Shown piece after piece: positions 1 to 10,659 of a DNA stretch of 64,000 bases. The translations under genes were made by a program, and so were the position numbers. Each line of letters starts with the position of its first letter. Within the stretch, counting starts at the first letter, position 1. The notes below the pieces were generated by a model that searched no databases, had not been told where the DNA came from, and saw only the letters and a program-made list of their open reading frames with translations. Origin of the DNA: Lama glama (Eukaryota); NCBI GenBank assembly GCA_028534125.1, contig CM052832.1:22074001-22138000 (forward strand). The letters are read 5' to 3'.

Positions 1-489
1 GACCCCTTAAGATTCTCAACTCCAGGGGCCCCATCTTGTTCCACCTCTTTTGGGTTTTGAGTAAACCTATCTTTGGATGGTTTGCCTTGGCAATGACCTG
101 GAAACCCAAAGCTGGTACGAGGATAGGCACGGGGTACCAGTGCACCTGGTCCAGGTTTCTAGGGTCTGCGGGGCTGCCCTTTCCAACGTCCAAGTTAGGA
201 GGTGGGATGAATGCATCACCCATTGAGTCTGCAGGCAGCTCCTGCACTGCCTGGTCACTCCTGCTTCAAGAACCTTTGCTTGTGCCCAGAAGCTCTGGCT
301 GCTTCTCTGACTGAGGGTAGAGTGCAGCCTGGAAATCTGCATCTGGAACAAGTGCTACAGGAATTCTTATTATCAGGTAAGCCTAGAGAGACATCGGAAT
401 CTTTCTGTTTGATAGGTGCCTGGGGTCCCTCCTAGGAATGGACACAATGTCAGAGACCTTTGAGGATAAAGACCAGGCACGAGCTAAGA

Positions 490-710
490 GTCCGGAGCCA
501 GGCTCTTTGGGGTTCAGTTTCAGGTGCCTCCCTCATCAGTGGAGCCGAGCCAGCCCCTTAACTCCTCGCTGTCTGCCACTTCCCGTGCAGAACACGCACG
601 ATAGTAATACCCACTTCATAGGTTGTGTGGATAACGTGCTAAGGCGCAGAAAGCACTTAGTTTAGTGCCTTCCGTGCATGGGGCACTTGATAAACATTAG
701 CTATTATTAT
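490..710 (+). mobile_element. MIR SINE
   Basis: MIR-like 3' part: ataatacccacttcataggttgtgtgg...aaagcacttag...aaacattagctattatt. Confidence 0.65.
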
Positions 711-2729
711 CCCCAGAGACCAGAGATGGCTGAGTGGCAGCCCTTACACCAAATCTGGCCTCGAGACCTATTTTGTTTGGCTCACACATTTTCCCTTTTA
801 ATGGAGCCAATAGTCTAAAACTGGTAGATTTCAGGCATTTTAAGAAAGTTGAAGATTGGGCAGCAAACAGGGCCTGCTTGGCAGCGATCACATGGGGCAG
901 GGTCCCAGGGCCCCCTTCTAATAGGGCATTTCTTCTTTGTTCAAGCCCAGCCCCCAAGCCCCAGACCACCTACCCCTCATTCTTCCCCCGACTGTTAACT
1001 CCCTGCCTGGACCTTGTTGGAAGGCAATCTCTATTCTAGACCAGTTTTACCAACATTTCCAGTGTTAGGTCCTATCATTCCCCCATATTGACGCCAGTCC
1101 AACTGGTCTCCTTATGCTAACTACTTTCTGCCTCATGATGTTTCTTTCCGCAGCCATGAGGAGCCTCCCTAGTCTTCCCTGTCCACCGAGCTCAGCGGTT
1201 CCAATTGAGAGTGTACGTTAAAGTGATCTGGGGCACTTTCCAAAAATACCCATGTCTGGACCCCACCCTGAGATTGTAATGAGGCTGGGTGGAGGTATTT
1301 CTTGAAGAGTGCCCAGATGATGCAAACTTACACCTGAATGCGCTCTAAGGCTGGTGACCACAGGAGCCATGGCCTCCCCATTCTCAAGGCCCCGTTGGCA
1401 CTTCCTGCCGACACCGTACAACCCAGGGCTAGATGAGTCTTGTTTTCCATCCGACTCCTGTTTAGTCTTGCTTGCGACTCAGCTTGTGTTTAAAGCCTGT
1501 CTCCCCAAACAGACTGTAAACTCAAGAGTGGGCGGATCACACCTCATTCTTCTTTTGCATCCCCAACAGGAAGACTGGGGTGCCAAGCACACTGTGGGTG
1601 TCCAATGAAAATGCCCCTTCTCGAGTATTCGAGAGTCCATGACGTAGAAGGCATTGCAAGGACGATACGGTGAGAAAACCACAGAGTAGTTTCTTGAAGC
1701 TTGTGGGTTTGAAGGAATAGTTAAGTCAAGGACATGGACGATGAGGATGTCCGGTCGGTCGGTGAAGATGTGCTCCAGGGAAGAAGCAGTGACTTGAGGG
1801 AAGGGAGGGGCCCAAGGCCCTTGGGAGTCAGGGCAGGCCCTGTGCAGGTGTCCCTGATGGGCCAGCGGGAAGGATGGCAGCAAGAGCAGGAAGTAGAATG
1901 GGAGGAGAAAGAATCCACTGGCAGACACACGCACCAGAGGGGCAGCTGAGCCTCCTTGAACTCTGCCCCCTGCCACTAGCCCAGCTGGGAGAATGGGAAG
2001 CAGAACTGGAAAGGCGAGATCTCTCTGCACCTCAAATGCTGGGGAAAAGGCTGTAATTAATCTGATAAGTCACAGAAGCGGCCAGCCGATGAAGGCTGCA
2101 ATTCTGGTATCCTCCTAACAGCCAGGCAGAGGGAGAGGGAAGGGGGAAGCGGGAAGAACAGGCAGAACACACCGAAAAACGAGGAGTGAGGAGGTAAGAC
2201 GGGGAGAGGGAGGCCCAGAGGCAGCCCCCTCCCCCACACTGACTCGGCCTCCAGTTCCGCCAGGGCCCAGAGACCTCAGACACCCCGATCTCTGCTGTTC
2301 AGTCTCCAGCCTGAGTCCACTATACAGAAGTGAGATGATGTTCACAGTGCCATTCGTGTTACTACTGCCAACTTTACTAACACAGAGAATCACAGAAATA
2401 GGTTCCAGTCATGACACTATCACTACTGAAAGTCCTATTATAATAGGAGGCTTATTTTTCTATTCTTTCTCCCAAGTCAACGGACAACTTATAAAGAGGC
2501 ACAAAGATCCTACAGAGCGCGTCAGGAGAAAACCGCCCCACGGGTCCCTCCTCCTCCCCATCACCGCCATTTTTAGAGAGCTGCCATGGGGCTTCCATGA
2601 ACACGAGGGCTACTTCAGAAAACAAACCACCAAAGACCGGCCCAAGAGACGGCGGTGGAAGGAAAGGACGGTTCCACCAAGTGTCTGCCGAATCCTCCCT
2701 GTGGGCCAGGCACTGGTCTGGGTACGTGA

Positions 2730-2860
2730 CAAACATGAACTCATGTAATCGTCCCGATCCACTGAGGTAGGTGTTATCATGTCCCCATTTTACAGGTGAG
2801 GGAATGAAGATGCAGAGGTTGAGTGATTTGCCCAGGCACACAGCTGATAAGAGCACAAGC
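2730..2860 (-). mobile_element. MIR SINE
   Basis: Core motif ccccattttacaggtgaggg...gaggttgagtgatttgcccagg. Confidence 0.75.
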
Positions 2861-4129
2861 CACGCTGCCCCGCTGCCCTTCAGTTTGCCTTTTGGGTGGA
2901 GGGTGTGGGGTAGGTGCACGTGAGCCTCCGCCTCTCCTAAGGGCTGCCAGACCCAGAGAGGATCAGAGCGGAAGGGGCCATAGGGCTGCTGTCCTGCTTA
3001 CATAGTTCCAGGACCTCAAAGAATCAGACACAGAAAAAGGGCAAGGGAGGGGTGAAATCTACAGGCTCTGAGTGGACCTCCTGTGACCCCCAGGGTCCAG
3101 AGCCACAGCATTCAGCATCATGAAAACTAGAGCTTGAAGAAGCGCTTCTCAGCAGTCAAGCGTGTGCTGGGGGAGCCAACAGGATCTCCTGTGTAGCCAG
3201 GCATGAGCTGGCTGGGAGAACCAAGGGCATTCAGGTCCTCTGCTCCCCGAAAGACGGACTCCATCCACCAAAAAGTCCTCCAGGGGAAGCCACTGGTAAC
3301 TATAGCTCTCACCAACAGTTGCTCACTGGCTGCAAGACCGTATCTACGCATGGTGCCTTTCTGGTTTGTGGATTATAGACGAGCCATCTATCCCCACTGC
3401 TAACGAGTCGGTGAACGACAGAGCCACGTTGGATTATGTTTCACTTTAAGGCTTCAGGGCTTGAAGTGATTCTATTTTTAAGCTTTCTCAATTCCACAAG
3501 TAAAAGAAGACATTTTAAGGAAATTAGTTCTGGCTTTTAGGGGGCGATGACTTCCTCTGAAAGAGTTAAACTGATCAGTCACTTTGTTAAACCAGAAATC
3601 TTTCTGGAGGAATAGCACCTCGTCTAATGTCACTGGGCAAGGGTCCTGGGACCTCTGGAAAACCACAGTAATCACTTAGGATGTGGCTGGCCCAGGACCA
3701 GACCTCCGATACCAGAGCCACCCTGTGCCCCTCTCCTGAAGAGCGTGGCAAAAATCCTTTTAGGTTCTATTCTCAGTGAAGTCTCTGTTTCACTTTTGGG
3801 CACTGAGAATGTCATATCTGCAGAAATTTTGCAAATAATAAAGCTTTAAAAATGTTACTATCATGTTTTTATAAGAGTCAGTCATTCCTTCCATTAAAAA
3901 AAAATTCCCTTTCATTGAACATCTAAAGGAGCTTCACTTATTTTGTATCTTTGAGAATGAGCTGTTGTTACTGCAAAGCCAACTGTTCAAAGGACACTTC
4001 TGTATATTTTTTAAAATGTAGCCATTCCTGAAAGCAATCTAAAATGCATTCTATACGTCTCGATTTTCCCATATAGGGCATAGGAGACTTTGTCTTGGTG
4101 AATGACGGTTCTTCTAAGAATTCAAGCCT

Positions 4130-4280
4130 CCAATTTCAGTTCTGGTTTTGCCAGTAGTTAGCTTGTGACCTTGCGCACGTAACTTAATTGCATTGGGTCT
4201 TAAATTTCCTCACCTGCAAAATGAAGGGGATTGGGTCAGATGATGACTCTGTTGCTTTACAGCTCTCAAATGCTATGATT
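4130..4280 (+). mobile_element. MIR/MIR3 SINE
   Basis: tgtgaccttg...taacttaa...tttcctcacctgcaaaatgaagggg. Confidence 0.7.
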
Positions 4281-6794
4281 CAAAGACCATCAGAAATATC
4301 AGGTATTCCTATGCTAACCTAAAATATTGTTCTTAGGGACTGTCAAGGTGTAAAGAATGTCACCTGGACACAAGACATGGCCCCAGCTGGGCTACAGTAA
4401 CAGAAAGCAGACTAAAGTTAATTGTTTTTATTCTTCCTATCTCTTTATCTCCTCCCTATTCCATCAGCTGTCAGTTCTCACTGCTGTCAACCTCCCACAG
4501 ACATAAACCCCCTGCCTTGGTTTACATAGCTACACAGCGGGTCTCTTTCACCCAGGTTCTCTAGCAAAGCAAGGTGCCTGGGCTTTGTGATACAATCTGG
4601 CAACCAGTGGGCTTTATCTCTTCCCATTCAAAGGGATATTGTATACAATTGCAGCTGCCACATCAACAAGACAGACCTCCAGTTAAGGCTGGGGGGAGAC
4701 TGAGAATGCATCCTTGTAACTTCCACATTCTTTGCGTTCTAAAAATGCATTGCTTTATGGGGGGCAGTGCTCGAAGTGACAAAAGAAAATAAACCAATAT
4801 CCTTCTTACTGAAGCCAAAGTAATATGCATTATTCCTCTGTCTTAACCCCATCCCCACTCTCCTGATTTCCTTGTCTCCATCCCAGTTGTTGCCTTTTTG
4901 CCCTTTCCGTTGTATAACTTCTTTGCATAAGATACATTTTCCAAGTCACTCTTTGAAGCCAAAGAGAGGATCAGGGTAAGAGGAAGGAGATACTGCTAGT
5001 GGTTTCCTACACTTACTGCTTTCCCAGTTAGCATCCCTTCTTAGTCCCATGAAAAATGATTAGTAGAAAGAAATGCTTCTTACAAATTGTAAATACAGCC
5101 CCTGAAACACTATTTTTAAGCTGCTAACAAGCATGAAAAATATACATTAAACGACATGCTTAGTACTTCAGAGAATTCTGGTTCCTTTCTTTAAAAACCA
5201 AAGTGAAACAGAGACCCTGATAAGAATTGCAATCTACCTTCTTTGCCTTGCAATACTGAGGGTAGTTTTGTGGGAACCTAGGAGAGACTTGATTTGATGA
5301 TCACAGGCAATTGTTGATTTTCACTCTTCCTAGTTTAAAATGTTAGTAGAAAGTGGGTGGTTAAAAAGGAATTGTAGTTGGTCAGCCGGGGAAAGTGGAT
5401 GTAAACTGGACATATAAATGGAATATATGTAAGTCATGTTAAACTAGGAAACCAGTCAGAAAATTAACTATGGATATTTGAAGCCTTGCCAAACGGGTCC
5501 AAGTCCTTCGGAAAGAGGTTAAAGGTGCGGCTGATATATATATGGGGAGGGCAATGAAGGACAGGAGAGCCAAAAGAAAACCACTGCATTTTCCCTATGA
5601 GAAATGAGATTAAAAGCCACTTTTCCCTACACCCTTTCAATCTCCAGGTGCTGTTACTTATTCATGTCTACGCTTAGAGGAGTATTTTCTGTTTTCAAGT
5701 TAGCTTTACACAGCACATCAATCTCAGAACCTACTCTTCCAACTATTATACAAGGTGACGATTTCTAGAAAAACAACAAATAAGCCTCTCCTGTTCACGA
5801 GCTTGGGTTCCTTAGGTCACGGTGCCACATTTAAAGGCACTTTGTTTCAGAGGATGATTCGAGTGGCGCCCTGGGTACTGATTATAGTGGAGCGATTTGT
5901 CCTGCCCGAGTCTGGGCACTGTATTATATTAAAACTTCCATTTTGGGGTATGTAGTGACTAAAAATTCTCTCCTAGCTTAAACTTGGCACCAACCATCTA
6001 TCTCAGCAGAAGCAAGATTATTGAGTACAGAACCACAGGAACTCAGCCTTTTTCTTCTTTTGTACTCGTACAGGAAAAAAAAGACTCTGCTACAGCACCT
6101 ATGGTTTCTCCATTCTTGGACAGAAATTTCCAGCATTGCAGGTTCTTTTCCGAAGTCTAATCAGCGGGTTGCTATGACTGGATTAAATTAAATCAGCTGT
6201 GACAGGCCATTGTCTCTTGCATTAATAGATCCCAAATTCTCTAGAAGTGGAATGAAATAATTTCAGCTTCTTTTCAGAAGAGGCAGAAAATGATGAAGCT
6301 CTTTCTGTTCCAGAAAACAGCACTGCTGACTATGGTTTCTCTAGCCCGTGTGCGACAGCTTAGCATGTAACACTGAATTTATCTAGTGCATGCCTCTGAT
6401 GTGACAATTAACAGTTCATTTCTACAAAAGCCACTGAGCCTAGGATGCCCCCAAGAGATGGCAGCTCCATGGAGTCAAGGGAAGAGTGAGGGCAAAAAGT
6501 GAGGATGAGTTGATCTAAACTGGTCACAACTCAAGGCACACGCTCACGTTCGGGCAGCTCATCACCGCCATCTCTATATGGGCCTGCCGTCCTGACATGT
6601 CCCCATTTTATCCATTCTTTGGGTAGCCAGGGTTTATAGATTTAAAACCTCAAGTTAATTAGGTATAAACAGTTAATTACATATCATTTTAGAAAACTTT
6701 TAACCATTTTCCTCATATATGTCAACAAAGGAGCAGTGTGCCCGTGGTCTTACATCATTTCTCTGAATTACAAAAACAATGACATTTCTGAGTA

Positions 6795-6980
6795 TTCATT
6801 TTACTGGGCGTCTACTCTTTGCCTGGCACTGTGCTAAGTGTTCTACATGCATTATCATATTAACCCTTAAAAAGAACCTTCAAGTTAGTATTGTTATTGT
6901 CCCTATTTTACAGAAGAGGTATCTGTTTTGAGAGATTATTTGCCCAAGATCAAATGACTTGTAAATGACAGAGGTAGTTA
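6795..6980 (-). mobile_element. MIR SINE
   Basis: ggcactgtgctaagtg...ccctattttacaga...tttgcccaagatca. Confidence 0.75.
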
Positions 6981-8689
6981 CAGCTAGAAAGGTAGCACTC
7001 GTATATATATTTTGTCTCATTAAAAAAAAAAAGTTGGAGAATTTGCTCCTGGTTAAGTTCTTAAGACAGAACATGGAATCATAACCACATGGGCCTGCAA
7101 CTCTGGCCACCGGAACAGGAGTTCTCAACCTCTTCTCGGCTGTAAAGTGTTTAAGTGGTCTCTTTGCTCAGCCAATCACTTAGTTATCCCCATGGTGTCC
7201 CGCCTGCTTAAGGAAAGAATATCAACAAAAGTTCAAGACTTAAACAGAAGTCTAATATAATTTTGATAAGAAGAAAAAAAAAAGAAAAACCAGAAACCAA
7301 ACTTTATATTCAGTGCTCACAACTTTGGGATAATCATCTCATAGTAAGAAGGATAAAGTTTTGAAACAGTTTGGACGGTGGTGAGGGTAATTTTTTTATA
7401 CTTTAAATACAATGAGCTACATATAAGTTTGGCTAGACAGTTTTGGAAACCTGGCCCAACAAGTGGGCGAAAACTTAAAAAAAAAAAGGCAATCTGGTGG
7501 TCTCACAATTTCCCATTATCAGAACTACTCCCCCCATAAATCTGAATCCAATCCAAGAAGTATCTCAATAGCTGGTTGTTCCAGATCAGGTTTATGAAAT
7601 AGTAATAGAACTGTGTAGGGGGCAAATATACTGAAAATACATCCAAGTATGTTTAGGTCAAGTCAGTAACAGTATTTAATGCTAATAAAAGCGCGGAACA
7701 TTCTTATGGCTAGAATGCAGCTCACTGGATACTGTATGTGTGAGCAGGTACTGTACCTCCCCCCTGCTGGCAGACCCTAGTCACTAAAACACGATGAGCT
7801 GCTTTGACTGAGACGGTATCTATCACACATCCCCAGCAAGTATCTCTGGGGCTGAAAAGCAGTTAAGATCCAACTCGAGGTGAAATTGGGAAGAGTAAGG
7901 AAATATTTTTTTCCATTATTCCAAAACCCATCTCATTCCCCAAAGTGGTGCCTAGGTGCTGACTCTCTTAAAGACCTCGGCAAAATCTTGCTTCTCCAAA
8001 AATTAAGCCCATTTGGAGCCGAGACAAGGTGAGGTCAACGACCGGTATTATCAACAAACCACCAAGTACCTAACTGGGTCTGGTTCGTTTCTAGCCTCGT
8101 GGGGGCCAAACCTCACCACGAGGGTGAAGACGGGAGGCATGGAGGAAGGGAACGAGGGAGAGAAAAGGAGAAAGGGGGAAGACCTCCGGGCCACACTTCT
8201 TTCTAGTATCAACAAAAAGAGAAGCTGCATACTGACCTAAATCATCTCTCAAAGGCGCTTTATAAATTACAGGGACAAAAGGAGGGGGTGGCGGGTGGCC
8301 TGGGAATCCTACGGACGCCCTACCCTCTGACCCGCCCCCTCCCCCTCCAGCACAAGGGAAGGAAGACTGAAAACAGAGCTCAACTCGGCCATTGGCGAGA
8401 AGCCCCCCTCCGGTTTTCAATCGCCCATCCATCGGCCCCCTAGGAAAAAATACACATAAACACCATACCCACCCCCTGGGCCGGCCACTCCTGCCCCGGG
8501 GTTCCTAGAACTGGAGGCCGGGGCATTTACTTAGTTAGATTTTTCTTGCTTACTCATTTCCCTCGAGCACCCAACCCCCCGTTCCCACTCCAAAACCCCG
8601 CTCAACCGCCTACCCTCACGGCTTCAGCCCCCAACAGAATCCGGTGCCCCCGCGGCGGCAGTGGCCCCCGAGCCGTCCCGGTCACTAAC

Positions 8690-8707
8690 CTGCTGCTGTA
8701 AGGGCAT
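8690..8707 (-). CDS. E2F3: E2F3 exon 1b coding part (E2F3b N-terminus MPLQQQ, phase-0 donor)
   Basis: Minus strand reads GAA ATG CCC TTA CAG CAG CAG|GTTAGT, and MPLQQQ is the known E2F3b-specific N-terminus. An in-frame TAG at 8752-8750 lies 45 nt upstream. The splice phase matches exon 1a. Confidence 0.95.
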
Positions 8708-8879
8708 TTCCGAAACCCGCCTGGCTCCGGGGGGAGATGGGGGGGCCGGCTAGAGAGGGGGCCCGGAGGGCCGAACGGACCGGCGGCGCCGGGCGAGGGC
8801 GGGCGCCCGTGGGGGGGGTTGGGGAGAGGAGAGGGAGGGTGGCCGTGCCGGGGGCGGGTGCGAGGGCGCCGGGACCGTC

Positions 8880-9150
8880 CCAGGCCAGGGAGCCGGCGAG
8901 CAGGAGGAAGTGGGTGCCCCCTCTCCCCCTCCAGCGCCCCCTCCCGCCGCCGCCTCCTCCCCAGTCACAGGCGCGTCCTCCGCGCACGTGTGCGAAACGT
9001 CACCGGCGGGTCCCGGGGAGAGGGACAGACCCAGGCGGCGGGACGGGAACACGGCTGCCCCCGCCCTCCGTCGCTGGGGGGCGGAGAGGGGGACAGGGCG
9101 GGGAAGGAAGGGGCAAGGGGAGAGGCGGGTCAAGGGCAGGCCCGGGGCCC
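8880..9150 (-). promoter_or_regulatory. E2F3b promoter region (ETS, E-box, half-CRE, Sp1-type GC boxes)
   Basis: GGAAGT 8906-8911, CACGTG 8985-8990, ACGTCA 8997-9002 and several GGGCGG/CCCGCCC boxes, all upstream of exon 1b. No E2F cluster like that of the 1a promoter. Confidence 0.65.
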
Positions 9151-9903
9151 GGCGAGGAAGGCCCGGGCGCTCGGGCCACGCGGGCGCCGCCGCTGCCACC
9201 GCCGGGATGCGCCCAGGCCCGGGCTCCAGCCTGCTAGCCCCTCGCCCTCAAACAGCCCACGCCCCAGCCCGCACCCAGCTTCCAGCTCCACCTTCCCCCC
9301 CAGCGCCCCCCTCCGCTTCCCCCAGCCCCTTTGTTGCCGGGAGTTCCAGATCCCAAAATGTGTCAAGCGCAGCCTGGCAGAGCCCCTGCTCTCCGAGCAC
9401 GCCTCGGGGACCCCCGGCTGCCAACTGGCCTCCGAGGCCGGCGGGGGAGCCATCACCCCAAGGGATCCCCGGTTTCCACTCCCCCAGAGTCCCCCACTCC
9501 CCAGTTCACTACTCCCTCCCCCACCCCCTTCTCCATCCGGGGCGTGAACCCTTCCTACGCCCGAGAAAGAGGAAGCTTCGAGTTGGAGGGGAGGGGAGAG
9601 TGGGGGTAGGGAAAAGTGCAGGAAAAGAAGGGGGGGCCGCTAAAAGTTTCGGAGTGTTTGATGTGGTTCGCGCCAAGGCGATCCCCGCTGCCCCGCGCGC
9701 CTGGCGGAGCCCCCCGACCCTCAGGGCGCTGGGGGGAAGACACACAAGTCTAACAATAAACCCTCGTTGCAGGGGCAGCCGCCGAGGCCCACGACGCTCG
9801 GCCCCGCGCTCTCCCAGGGCGGCCCGCAGCGCGCCCACCACCCCGCGCGGTGCGAGCCCACCTCCCGCCCGGGCTGGGGACGGTGGGAACGGGAGGGCAT
9901 TAC

Positions 9904-10299
9904 CGGAGGGCCGCCGCCGCCGCCGCTGCCGCCGCGTCCCAGCGCTGGTGGCTGCTGCAGCAGCCCGGCTCTGCTGGAGGGTCCGTGCGGCGTGGTGTAG
10001 AGGAGGCTGCCGGCGGTCTGCTCCACGCCGGGGGCACTGGGGAGGAGGGGGCCGGCGGCGACGGCGCCGCTTTGGAGGGAGGAGGAACAGGAGGTGGTGG
10101 AAGTGTTCGTGGTGAGGATCTGGATGTACGCGCTCGGGGCGGCGGCAGCAGCGGCGGCGGCGGCGGGGAAGCCGGGGCTGGCTAGCAGTGCCCTTTTGTC
10201 CATGGAGGCTGCAGCGGCGGCGGCGACGACAGCCGCCCCCTCCCCACCCCCGGCGGTCACCAGGTACTGCTCCAGGGCGGGCTGGATCCCCTTTCTCAT
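9904..10299 (-). CDS. E2F3: E2F3 exon 1a coding part (E2F3a N-terminus, 132 codons, phase-0 donor)
   Basis: Translation [44 protein letters not shown]...[12 protein letters not shown] is the recognisable mammalian E2F3a N-terminus. Similarity stops at CCG|GTAATG (GT at 9903-9902), where E2F3 continues AKRRLEL in exon 2. Confidence 0.98.
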
Positions 10300-10650
10300 C
10301 TCTCGCTCCTGCTCTTTTTATTGCTATGGTATATTAATGTATTGTTTTCAATTTCTTTATTATTTGCAGTCGGAGTTTCCAAGTCTCTCCTCCTTCTCTC
10401 CTCCCCGCCCGGCGCTTCCGAGCCCCTTCTCTCTCTTTTCTTTTTATTTTTCGGCACCGCACGGGCCCCGGGGGCCAAAAATAATCGGGGCTCTGGAGAG
10501 AGGAGGGTCCCGGCCGCACGGATATCGGGCCCCGAGGGGGGATGGAGGCGTCGGGGGCGGCCGATGCAATGGATTGCGAGGCGGCGGCGGCAGCCCGGGT
10601 GCTGCGGCCGGCAGCTGAAAAATGGCTCCAGGAAGCTGCTGCTGACAATG
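10300..10650 (-). other. E2F3: E2F3a 5' UTR (TSS approximate)
   Basis: Lies between the E2F-site cluster and the ATG at 10299. It has no upstream ATG on the minus strand. A GCCATTTT YY1/initiator-like motif is near 10618-10626. Confidence 0.7.
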
Positions 10651-10659
10651 AATGAAGGG

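Larger units (their letters stand above)
1..8689 (-). other. E2F3: E2F3 intron 1 (part); exon 2 lies beyond the left edge
   Basis: Lies downstream of both first-exon donors. No AKRRLELGESG-coding sequence is seen in the window. Confidence 0.9.

Noticed and set aside
9721..9903. C-terminal 60 codons of the 192-aa ORF 9721..10299
   Set aside because: Read-through past the exon 1a donor (GTAATG) into intron; not E2F3 protein.
8910..10115. 401-aa plus-strand ORF and other long ORFs overlapping the CpG island (8737-9237, 8819-9547, 10094-10618, 10321-10941)
   Set aside because: Low-complexity Arg/Gly/Pro/Ala translations expected from stop-poor GC-rich DNA. They are antisense to E2F3, mostly use non-ATG starts and show no recognisable domain.
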